Shown here piece after piece: positions 11,476 through 22,691 of a stretch of 64,000 nucleotides of DNA. The stretch spans positions 34,348,001 through 34,412,000 of the forward strand of contig NC_088860.1 in NCBI RefSeq assembly GCF_963853765.1, given 5' to 3'. This DNA is from Magallana gigas. Its lineage: Eukaryota. A program made the position numbers and the translations under genes. The first letter of the stretch is position 1; each line of letters begins with the position of its first letter. The notes below the pieces were generated by a model. The model had not been told where the DNA came from. It saw only the letters and a program-made list of their open reading frames with translations, and ran no database searches.

Positions 11476-11982
11476 TATATCCACATTCCAAGAGTTTGCA
11501 TGATGTTTGATTACAATAAATTGTTGATTTAAATAGAGAACATTTTAAATACATCTTTTGATTATTTCCTCCAACACTTTTTTATACATTTATATAGCCA
11601 ATACCGTAGTTGGAACATAGTGAGGTCACGATTAAGTATTTATTATTTACCATGGTAAATTTAACTACTACTGTTTGAGGTTTAACTGTGCAAATGTATC
11701 GAGTGTGCCCCTCAAATTAGCCTATCTTCAAGTAAATTTTACCAGCCCTGAGGGATGGAGTGAAACTTAGGATTTACTAGTCTTTTGTTTGCCGAAGGGT
11801 TTGATACGTATATGTACCCTTTTCAGTGAGATTATTTACTACGTAGATATGAAAATTTTAATTTGAGGAAAGAGTGAGGGTGTCAGAACATCACCCTTTC
11901 CCAAGATCCACAAATTGCCCATATGAAACAAAATTTGTTTCTAAAGCTATTTAAAAAAGCAATTTTTAATCGACATTCTAAA

Positions 11983-12498
11983 CAGTCAGGGGTGCGACTG
12001 ATATTCATTATATTGAAAAATAACTGATTATTGTCCTTTCTACTAACTTACAGGCTTACCAATTTGATAAAAAAAATTATGAAATACAGTCATTCATTTT
12101 TCCAAGGTCACTCTATATTTTAAACTCCAAATATTTATGACTGTTTTTACCCTTATTCTAAAAATGATGGATTTCAGTTATTATTAAGTTCAGACTAGAA
12201 ATCATCATTTTTAAATAAATTGGTAAGTCTGGGCGCACTTAATCATCTCAGTTGTGTTACGGGGTGCACTAATATATTTTGGTTTCAACTGTGGGTCAAG
12301 GTGTTTCCCTACACATGAGAGTCCATGGCAGGATAGAATACTATAAAGTAATTGGGTTGGAAGAATTAACTTGGGAATGGAAACATGATGAGAACAAGCT
12401 ATATGTACCACAGAAAAAAAGATGTGTACATTATGTAGTTAGTAGAAATGACAATAATCAGTTATTTTAATATGATGGATTTCAGTCGCACCCAACTG
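11983..12498. mobile_element. MITE with about 60-bp TIRs and 5-bp TSD
   Basis: CAGTCAGGGGTGCGACTGATATTCATTATATTGAAAAATAACTGATTATTGTC matches the reverse complement of 12435-12498. CTAAA lies on both flanks (11978-11982 and 12499-12503). Confidence 0.75.
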
Positions 12499-12625
12499 CT
12501 AAATGGTACATCATTTTCAGTAGAAGAAAAGTATCTCAAAATCATTTTTAATAGTATTGTCTGCAGGAGTATCAGAATTTAAGCATATTCACATGACAGA
12601 AATAAATTTGCCATTATGACAGGAA

Positions 12626-13825
12626 CTAGCCATCGTATTGATTGAACATTGTTATAAACTGGGCATACAGATTACATGCTTCATTTACATTTGATGGTCT
12701 TTGATGATTTGGCAGAATCAAGTTTGCCAGTTCTAAAAAATCTGTAGAACAACCATGTATTGGTCTCTCGGCACCAAAGTTTTTAAAACAGTTCCGTATA
12801 TCATCGGCACTGCAATTGACTTTAAAATCTCGAGCCCCATATGGTTCTGGGGTGAAGAATAAGACATCAGGTTTTCCTTTAGGACTGCAGCATTGTTTTT
12901 TGACCTGTATTCTGTGTTGGTTCCACTGTATTACGATTCGATGTAATTCCTCTTGCAGAAGGTCCATAAAGCAGTACCTTAAACAGTCGATCTGCAAAAG
13001 GTCACCATCATTGAAGAGGTTTGCATCTCGTAAATCTTTAAAAAATGTGATCCACCAGTCTGCAGCTTGTCGGCGTAAAATGCTCCACCAAGCCTCAATT
13101 CATTGATTAGAGGTGCTTCTCCCGTATATGAAACAGTTTTCATATTCCTGGTCATTAAGGGTGTGTAGCAATACTTGTATTTCTTCCAGCTCCTTGTTTT
13201 CTGTTCCGAGATCACATCTACATATATATGGACAGCCTCCTAACTGTTGTATGGTTTCTAAAAAATATCTTGAAACAATTTTAGGGCTGTTGTTGCTAGG
13301 TCCCACTTCAAGCCACATAATTCTCCTGGAAAATCCATCTATTGCTCCATGAATAGCAAACCCGAACGGTTTTAATTTATCATCTCCGTCGATATGCCAA
13401 ACAAAATTTGGTCCAGGTGCAGCGAACTGACGCTTAAGTAATCGTTTCTGTTTCCGTCTTTCTACTCCATCTGGGTCTATTACACGCATACGTTCCATGA
13501 CTTTATCCCGTTGAATTACTAAACCACAGTCGGTAATCAAACGTTTCCAAATTGTGCGGTACCCAAGACATTGCCCGCTGTTTTCTGTAACATCTAAAAT
13601 TGCATTTATGGTATTATAAATGTCAATGTTGTCAGTGCGTCGCTTCCAACCTTGGTTTCTGAACATTCTTTTCAAATGTGGTTCGCTTATTCTAATTCTA
13701 TGAACTGCTAACAACAGTTGTGAAATCTCCTTGTTGGTGTATCCTTGTCGAAATTATCTGTTAATTAGCTCATGTTTTGATAAAATTTCAGGATTTAGAG
13801 CAAGTGTGTATTTTGGCAAAACCAT
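12626..13825 (-). pseudogene. IS3EU DDE transposase (integrase core), 399 codons, two premature stops
   Basis: ATG at 13825 (MVLPKYTL...LINR*FRQGYTNKEI) runs in one frame through ORFs 13100-13714 and 12626-12997. Stops at 13754-13756 and 13100-13102. Catalytic motifs WHIDGDDKLK, RCDLGTEN and NQ*IEAWW. Confidence 0.92.
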
Positions 13826-14312
13826 ATTGGCCTGAAAATATCAATAGGCATGTTCATGATGTTGATCTGTTGTACATTTAAATAATCCTTCCATGCAACT
13901 ACATACATTTAGTTATTAAATCATGGACATTTTATACTATATATCACTACAATAGGTTTGTTTCTCACCTTAAAGGCATAACCCAACAAAAAATTATCAA
14001 GCTGTTGATTTCATGTTTACTTCATATGTTTACTTTCACTTTTTGATTCACAGTAGTCAACCGGAAGTCAATGTTGTTAAGTCGTACATAAAATAACTTT
14101 TAACAATTAACGATACTTTAATAAACATTTACCTAATTAACTTCAAGACAACATTAATAGTGTTGAATATGTCAGCCGCGGCAATGCTGTATCACTTTCG
14201 CAACGAGTTGCGCAAATGGATTAATGTAATGTAAGGGGGTTATGTAATAAAAGAGACAAACACTACAGCTTGAATTATAATAGTTATAGTTATTAGTATA
14301 ACCACACGGGGA

Positions 14313-14392
14313 CACAGGGGCTCGTCACGAAGTTTTTCAACCTTCTATATATACCACTTCTATACTATGAAAAACATAAACGAGCCCCTGTG
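14313..14392. mobile_element. 80-bp micro-MITE with 8-bp TSD
   Basis: Perfect 13-bp TIR CACAGGGGCTCGT / ACGAGCCCCTGTG. Direct repeat CACGGGGA at 14305-14312 and 14393-14400. Confidence 0.8.
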
Positions 14393-14814
14393 CACGGGGA
14401 GTGCGCCTGGCTAAAATGAGTTTTCTATACGCGAATTAGTTGTTCAATTTATTTACCAAAATGGATTATGGTTAGCTTCATTTCGACGAGTAGGCCCCCT
14501 AAATATATCGTTGATAAAGACAACAATGGCTACGTATTTTATTATTATATATGTATTGTAATAGAACACGGGGTAGATTTTACAAAACCATACATCAATG
14601 ACGTTGCCTGAACATGCATACACTGTAAATGAAAAGTTAAAAGTATAGAGAGCAATGTATTTGACTTACCGTGTCTGTACTCTAAAGTCTAACCTTGAAA
14701 CATATTAAATGCAATCGTTTACAATTAACAATTAAACGCGATGAATGTGTTATCTTGTTTCTCTTTGGATTTGATTTGTTTGTAACCTTTTTTCTGATTG
14801 GTTTATATAGATAT

Positions 14815-14888
14815 TGAATCTCGAATTTCGAATCTCGAATCTCGTATTTCGAATCTCGAATCTCGAATGATCCTTCTCGGCTTTCGTA
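14815..14888 (-). repeat. Right TIR with subterminal heptamer array
   Basis: Reverse complement of the left end: (TCTCGAA/TTTCGAA)n followed by TGATCCTTCTCGGCTTTCGTA. Confidence 0.9.
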
Positions 14889-15910
14889 GGTTGCTGATAG
14901 AAATGCAAACACATATTTTTATTGTAAGTTGAGCATGAATTTATTAGATACAAATATCGTAGTGTTTAATTTTTGTTTCTCGGGATGATGGTTTGATGCC
15001 TCCGGAGTTGATTATTTTCTTCGATAGCTACCATTTCGGTTTAAATTTAGCAGACATTTAGATGAAGGTGTAAGTAACAATCCCTCAAAGTTTCGTTTAG
15101 TTCTTAAGAAATTTACTGGAGCTGGAATATTTATTTAGAGGCATGGTCTAAAACGTGGTCTGGATCGACGGAGCAGTCAGAGTGTCAGACTTTGTATACA
15201 TTTTGACAAACGTTTTGTAACACTTCGATGGGTGTGATTTCTATTAGAAATGATGGATTTCAAAGTCAATCATCACATTTCAAGGTAATATAGGAATTCA
15301 ACCATATAAAAAGGGGGGGGGGGTTAAGTTCACCGAAGTGTACGTATAAATGAAACTGGTATACCGGTCTGTTGCACATTCCTATAACATAGTAGTTCTA
15401 AGATGTCAAAGGTCAAGGTCAAAAGGTCACGTTCAAAAGGGTCAAAGGTCAAAGTCGTTCAAGATAACTCTTTACGAGTAGTTTTAGATTGTCTGGCAGT
15501 GAATAGTCATGTTAGGCCCTTTAAACCCCTTTTAGGAGTCAAAAAGTGGCCCCTCGGACCACAATTTTTAAAATGACTCTTTTGTTCCTAACTAAAATTT
15601 GAAAAAGTTTTTAAAATCGGATGAATTATAGAAAAGTTACAGCTAAAGGGCTGTTTTGAACGTTGACCCCTGCAGAACCCCTATTTTTTCAAACTGTATA
15701 CCCAAAAACTTTTCCGGTCTGCGGATTGTGTGTGTCATTATATATATATAAACTATTGTAACAATTCCTTAAACACTTGAGAAAACGAATAACGCGTGAT
15801 TTTTGTTTAACATTAAACCTCCAATAGACGATTTTCATCGACTAATAAAACTGGAAGTAGTCAACATTTTTTAATGAAACTTAAAATATATGTTGATTAC
15901 GTCTATTTAA

Positions 15911-16954
15911 GGTAGCTCGCGGGTTTACCTGCTTGTGAGAAAGCCTACCTTGAAAATTTGTCCACGTGATCCATAGGTTTTATAGTTTTATTTCTAAAAT
16001 TTATTTAGGATTCGTCTGCGCGGTAATAATGTTATTGTGTTTCAAATACAATGTCATTAATAAAATCAAGCAACGCCATTTCAATGAAATATATAGTAAA
16101 ATGCACATTTTAACCGAGAAACGCATTACTAAACTATGCTCCAAACTTTTAAACGATGCAGACGAAATTAATCATACTCAACACAAAAACAGAGGAGATA
16201 ATTATGAATCAATTCATAAAAAAATATCAGTATGTGTTCTCGGCCAATTTTTGGCAGAAAAACTTTAAAGATTTAAAAGATTTCTCAAAACCTTATATTT
16301 TCATTACGACGTTAGCCTGACGTCATCATCTCCTTACTTCTTAGAACACCAAAATTGGAATGCATTTATTGACAAGACTAGCTGTTTAACACATTTTAGA
16401 ACATGTAAATGCTTATTAGACATTATTGTGAATGTTATCAAATGCAGTTAATGTAAGGCTGTAAAGATACAGAAAATTCTATTTTTGTTTTTATGAAACT
16501 ATGAGTCAATCAATGCAAAAATAAAATGCTAGGCAACTACTGACATTATAAGTAAGTAATCGAATAAAACAGTTATCTCAAGTCAAAAGAAATTTAAGAA
16601 TTTAATCGGTAGTACAGATAATTACGGAAATTATAATTGTAAAAAAAAAAGCGAAGTTAATGCATTCATTCTATTTTAAAACATGACTTTAAATGGAAGA
16701 ACTCTAACGCAAACTCATTCTTTATCTTTATAGAACAAAATGTGACAATGTATGTGATACCTTTAAATTTTCAGCACTTGATATTATAAATCTTTGTATA
16801 AACAGTCATAAACCGCATATAAGCTTTTTAAGATATTTTCTTTTATACTTCTAAATATCTCATTTGTCATTTAAAAAAAAAATTATGAGTTTACTATGAC
16901 GGTCAACTCTTTACATTGTTTCCTATTGTGACGTCAGCAAACCCGCGAGCTACG
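15911..16954. mobile_element. Kolobok-like non-autonomous element
   Basis: TTAA|GGTAGCTCGCGGGTTT ... AAACCCGCGAGCTACG|TTAA: 16-bp TIR with 1 mismatch and TTAA flanks. Confidence 0.75.
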
Positions 16955-17239
16955 TTAAATAATATTCAGGCGTCATATAAACTTTCAAAAGTCATTTGAA
17001 TTTTTTGCTGAATTTTTACAGTTAACCGGTTAACCGAGTACTCGTTGAAAATACTAGAAAAATTACAACAACCATAGACTAAATTTTTTAAATTAAAAAA
17101 AACTGTTATGTAAAAGGTTAATTCCTTGTGTCATATTAAATAACAGCCAAGTACGCTTTAATTAGCAAAATTGACCACTGAATTTGATTTCCTAAATGAA
17201 TTAGTATTTAGAAAAAATATTATAAATATTTCATTTTTC

Positions 17240-17551
17240 TATTCATAACGTAGCCATCACAATCTATGCTGGACATTAGAACCTATAGTGGAGGAACAAA
17301 AATAACCAGTACAAAGAATTGATCATTAAGAAGATAGTTCATGAAATTCAAAACGCAACTGCTTGTATTAGAATTCTTCGAGACAATAAGTGATTTATAT
17401 TCATAGCGTAGCAATCACAATCTATGCTGGACATTAGAACCTATAGTGGAGGAACAAAAATAACCAGTACAAAGAATTGATCATTAAGAAGATAGTTCAT
17501 GAAATTCAAAACGCAACTGCTTGTATTAGAATTCTTCGAGACAATAAGTGA
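17240..17551 (+). repeat. Tandem duplication, 2 x about 154 bp (period 158)
   Basis: TATTCATA(A/G)CGTAGC...GAGACAATAAGTGA at 17240-17393 and 17398-17551. Confidence 0.9.
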
Positions 17552-17869
17552 AATTCGCCCAACTTTTAAAAATAGTAACTTTCATGGTCAATGTGTGCGT
17601 ATGGGCGATCTTGCCCTATTCTAAGACCGACAATGAAGATTAAATATAATCTTTTGTTGACTCAAAAGACTGTACTCTAGTGTTGTGAGTACATATTCAT
17701 ACGTTTTAATTTTCATAATTAAAGTGCTCTGGTTTGTCTTTTTAGTTTAGAATTGGGAGGGGAATTCAACAGTGCATTAGCAAGTCATTAATCCTCACTG
17801 TTCTCTCTTCTCTTTCTTTTTTTACCCCACTATCACTCTTTAACCCAGTCTCTTACTACACTTTCACAA

Positions 17870-18985
17870 TGGGGTAAGATAGCAAGGTGGGAAGAGTAGA
17901 CACAGGAGGTGAGTGTAAGAACAATGAGAGTGGGATGAAAGTGGGTTGGGTGTGGGGTAGAAAGAGGTGTGTGGAAGTGGAGGGGAAAGAGTGTGGATTA
18001 GAGTGGGAAGTGAAAGATGGGTGTGGGGGAGATAGTGTGGGGTGTGAAAGGGATTGGTGTGAGAGAGGGGTTTAAGTGTAGGAGAGTAAGGTGAAAAAAG
18101 ATTTGAGAGAGGAAGATTGGTGTCGGAAGAGACATTATTTTGAGAATGGGATGAGAAAATTGGGAGATAGAGTGTGTGAGATGAGAGTGGGATAGAGAGG
18201 TGGAACAAATGGGGTGAGAGGTGTTTGTTTGTTTGTGGAGAGAGAGAGACAGAGAAAGAGAGGTGGGAAAACGGAGAGAGAGAGAGAGAGAGTGGGGTGA
18301 GTGAGAGGGGTGAGTGGGAGAAGTGAGAGGGATGGGTGTGGGTTGAAAGAGATGAGTGAGTGGTGAGAGAGAGCGGGGTTAGAATGTGGACAAGAGTTCA
18401 GAATGAGAAAAGGGTGAGTCGGTTGAGAGAGTAGGGAAAGAGGGTACATGTAATTGGTAAGAGTGAAGATGAGAAATTGGCGTGTGAGTGAGTGTAGAAG
18501 AAGGTAAAAGAGTGGATTGAGAGAGAGGAGAGAGGGGTGACTTTGAGAGAAAGTGGGTGTTAGAGAGAGGGGCAGGGAGAAGCAATAGGCAATGAGATTA
18601 AGGTGAAATAGTCGTTTGGTTTTGCTGAGAGAGAGGAATAACAAAGTGAGGTGTTAGTGGGAAAGTGGCGTTAGAGAGAGAAAGAGAGAGAGTGTGTGTG
18701 TGTGTGTGTGTTTAAGAGAGAGAGTGTGTTTAAGTGGAGGATAAGAAAGATATAGAAAGAGGGGTTTAGACTGCGTGGATTGTTGGGTGAGAGTGTTGGG
18801 TAAGGGGGGTGTAATGGGTGAGTATGTTGAAAATGTTGGGTCAGAGCGTGAATGTGGTAAGAGAGAGGTGAAAGAAAGAGGGAGAGGAGAGGAGGTTGGT
18901 GCAATGAAAATGAATGTGCAGAGAAAGAGGTGTAAGTGTTGGTGAGAGAGAGAGAGAGAGAGAGGGAAGTGAGTGTTAAGTGAGT
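17870..18985 (+). repeat. GA/GT-rich low-complexity polypurine tract
   Basis: About 1.1 kb nearly devoid of C on the plus strand, a mosaic of (GA)n and (GT)n. The ORFs called here are compositional artefacts. Confidence 0.9.
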
Positions 18986-19577
18986 GCTTAGTTCTACCGT
19001 CTGGTTTTGCAGTGGGGTTGGGGGTTCAAAATATCCATTGAATTAGTGTGGGGTTTTTTCTTTGAAAATATTTGTCTTTGTCAAAATTTGAGATTTTGAT
19101 GAGGAAGTCAAATTCCTGTCAATATCGGATTTTGAGTTAAAGTCTATTTTAACGAGGCCGGGTCTAATTTGTTCTGCCCTAGATTTTTGTATGAATTTTT
19201 TTACATGAATTTCTACTGACCACACCGTTTGTTTAAGGGGTCATCTCAAAGTTTGTTAATTTTTAACATAGGACCCTATGGGATTTTAATCAATTTTGCA
19301 CATTTGTTACAATTTTTTTAAACTTCTGCCCTAGGGATTTCTTTTTCTATTCTACACGTTAAAGTTATTGCTAAAAGACATCAAATGGTCAAATAAAAAA
19401 AAACCTTTTACCTCCTGGATTGTTCCAGGGGTCTTATCAAAGTTGTTTTTTTGTATGCCCAATTTCCCAGTTTGTCAGATAATGGCTATTTTTTTTTTGA
19501 CAAAGGCGGAAATGGTGATCTCTATAGTATTATTAAAACATTCAGACATATTTAAGTAATAAACTAGAACTGTCCTT

Positions 19578-22500
19578 ATGGGGCTAACAACCCTAACTTG
19601 TAAAACAAACATTGTTACAGAAACAGTAACGAGGAATATATCTATACCTGTGGACGAGAACCTCTCCAGGACCACCACTGGAACCAGTATGACTGTGGGT
19701 AGTCAAAGCCACCAGGAAGCAACTTGCATGATTAGAGAGGCACTCAACACGGCCAAAACCAAGGTCAGAATAGGATTTTGGAACGTGCGAAACATGTACG
19801 CAGCAGGAAAATTGGCACAAGTAACAGCAGAAATGAGGAAATACAACTTACATGTGCTGGGAGTCAGTGAGAGCAGATGGGTCAATTCGGGAAGAATGCG
19901 AACAACAACAGGTGAAACTCTATTGTATTCTGGCCGAGAAGATGGACAACACCATGAAGGGGTGGCAGTTATACTCAAGAAAGGAGTAGAAAAGTTCTTG
20001 ATGGAATGGAAACCAGTTAGCAGCAGATTGATGTTGGTGAGACTTAGAGGAAAGCAGGTCAACACTACGGTTTTCCAGTGTTATGCACCTACTAACAATG
20101 CAGATGAAGAAGACAAAGATGCGTTTTACGAACAACTGCAAAGAGAACTAGACAACACACCAGACCATGATATGAAGATCATCATGGGAGATATGAATGC
20201 TAAAGTAGGAGCAGATAATGAACTCTACAATAGAGCAATGGGGCACCATGGTTGCGGTATCATGAATGAAAATGGACATAGGCTTGCAGAGTTGTGTACC
20301 ACCAACAACTATGTGATCGGAGGAACTCTATTCCCCCACCGAGACATTCATAAGTTGACATGGCATTCACCAAACGCGAGAGATCAAAACCAAATTGACC
20401 ACATCATGATAAATGGTAAATGGAGATCATTGCTTGATGTGAGGGTTAAGAGAGGCGCTGATGTTGGTAGTGATCACCACCTGGTAACAGCATCTATCAA
20501 ACTAAAACTGCGCAACACACAAGGAAAGCTTACAACAAGGAAGAGATTTGATGTGGACAAACTCAGAGATATCAAGACAAGGCATGAGTTCAACATCACA
20601 CTCAAAAATAAGTTTGGCATTCTACAAAACCTACAATCAGAAAACAAGACAACATCGGTTGATGAAAAATGGAAAGAAATTTGTAACATATACACTGAAG
20701 CTAGCGAAAAGTGCATTGGCTACAAACAAAAACAAAAGAACAAAGAATGGATAACACCTAACACTTGGAAAATGATCGAAACAAGAAAATGCACCAAAAA
20801 GAAAATACTTGAAGCCAAATCACTGAGACTCAAGGAGAAACATCAACAAGATTACAGTGAAATACAGAAACAAGTGAAAAAAGCTGTACGTACAGATAGA
20901 AGAGCATACATAGATGCCTTTGCAACAAGAGCAGAAGAGACAGCCAACAAAGGGGAACAAGGAAATCTATACAAAATAACAAAAGTAATATGTGGGAAAA
21001 ACAGACCATCACCAAACCTTCCCATCAAAGACAAACAAGGAAAGCTGATAACATCAGAGAATGAAATGGATGAACGGTGGACAGAACATTTTAAGGAGAT
21101 CTTAAACAGACCACCTCCGATCCATGAACCTGAAATCAGTGAACCCGAATCAGAGTTGAATATAAACACCAATCCACCAGACGTTCCAGAAATTACATCG
21201 GCCATACAGTGTTAAAAAATGGAAAATCTCCTGGGAGTGACAATTTAAATGCTGAGCTATTCAAAACGGACCCACTCCTTACAGCTACCATCCTCCAACC
21301 AACCTTCAAAGAAATCTGGGAAAGTAAGACCATACCAGATCAATGGAATCATGGAGTCATCATTAAAATACCAAAAAAAGGAAATTTAAATGACTGTAAT
21401 AACTGGCGTGGAATAACACTTCTCTCCATTCCAAGTAAAATCATGGCTAAAATTATCATCAGAAGAATATCCAAAGCCGTAGATGTCAAACTACGGATGG
21501 AACAAGCAGGGTTCAGACCAGGACGAGGATGTATCGACCAAATATTCACACTGAGAAACATCATCGAACAGTGTACGGAATGGCAGCGACAACTTTATCT
21601 GAACTTCATCGATTTTGAAAAGGCCTTCGACAGCATTCATAGAAACAGTCTCTGGAGAATTGTGCGTTCGTACGGCATCCCCCAACATCTTATAGACATC
21701 ATCAAGAGTTTCTACGTCAACTTCAGATGCAAAGTTGGAAACTCAAGCATCGAGTTTGATGTCAAAACTGGAGTTCGCCAAGGTTGTGTAATGTCATCAA
21801 CGCTCTTCATCATAGCCATCGACTGGGTCATGAGGAACACAACATCAGACATCCCAAGAGGCATCCGATGGGGAACGTTCACAACACTTGAAGACTTGGA
21901 CTTTGCCGATGATATTGTCCTGTTTTCTCACTTCCATCAGCACATTCAAGACAAAACACATAGGCTCCACGAGTATGCTAGAAACATTGGACTGAAGATC
22001 AATGCCAAGAAAACTGAAGTCATGACCCTAAATGTGAATAACCCACAAGGAATTAAAATGGACAATCACATCCTTCCATTTACCAATAACTTTACTTATT
22101 TAGGGAGTATTGTCACAACAGATGGTGGAGCAGACAGGGACATTCAGCAGCGACTAGCCAAAGCGAGAGCAGCATTTAAGAACTTGCAAGCTGTGTGGAA
22201 ATCCAGCCAGTATACCAACAGGACAAAGCTCAAACTGTACAAAAGCTGCATCATACCAATTCTTTTGTACGGTTCAGAGTGCTGGAGAATGACAGAGAAC
22301 GACCTTAACAAACTGTCAACTTTCCACACCAAGTCCCTGAGAAGAATCCTTAAAGTATTTTGGCCAAATACTATCTCAAATCAGGACCTTCTCAGCAGAT
22401 GCGATCAGGAGGATATGGCCACCATCATCACCAGGAGACGATGGACCTGGGTTGGCCACATACTCAGAAGGGACCCTGAATCCATCATAAAGACAGCCCT

Positions 22501-22687
22501 CTTCTGGACACCAGAAGGAAAAAGGAAGAGAGGGAGACCAAAAGTTACCTGGAGGCGAACAGTGGAAGCCGAGATGAAAGAGCATCAGAGAAGCTGGGGC
22601 ACTCTCCAGAAGCTAGCCAGGGACAGACAGGGATGGAGAGCCCTCGTTACTGCCCTATACGCCAAAGGCGTCACGGGCAGTAAGTAA
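19578..22687 (+). pseudogene. RTE endonuclease-reverse transcriptase with one frameshift at about 21210
   Basis: APE motifs GDMNAK, NQIDHI, SDHHLV. RT motifs QAGFR, GVRQGC, LDFADDI. ORFs 19578-21215 and 21209-22687 join if one T is restored (AIQC-LKNGKSPG). The ATG at 19578 lies in the TSD, so the native start is probably MTVGSQ at about 19689. Confidence 0.9.
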
Positions 22688-22691
22688 GTAA
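19583..22691 (+). mobile_element. RTE-clade non-LTR retrotransposon (LINE), near full ORF
   Basis: TSD GTCCTTATGGG at 19572-19582 and 22692-22702. (TAAG)3 tail immediately after the ORF. APE endonuclease and RT domains. Confidence 0.92.

Larger units (their letters stand above)
959..14888 (-). mobile_element. IS3EU-type DNA transposon (13.9 kb including nested insertions)
   Basis: Terminal inverted repeats TACGAAAGCCGAGAAGGATCATTCGAGATTCG (959) and CGAATCTCGAATGATCCTTCTCGGCTTTCGTA (ends 14888). Identical 6-bp flanks GGTTGC at 953-958 and 14889-14894. Internal IS3/integrase-core DDE transposase. TAY..RTA ends with a 6-bp TSD are the described IS3EU signature. Confidence 0.9.

Noticed and set aside
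958-14889. Alternative boundaries CTACG..CGTAG with a 4-bp TSD (GTTG)
   Set aside because: The 6-bp duplication GGTTGC with TAC..GTA ends explains more bases and matches the IS3-like transposase inside.
17864-18904. ORFs of 62-169 aa rich in Leu/Ser/Pro/His or Gly/Glu/Val
   Set aside because: Products of low-complexity GA/CT sequence.
19593-22585. Minus-strand ORFs over the RTE
   Set aside because: Antisense shadows of the plus-strand coding sequence, with no motifs.
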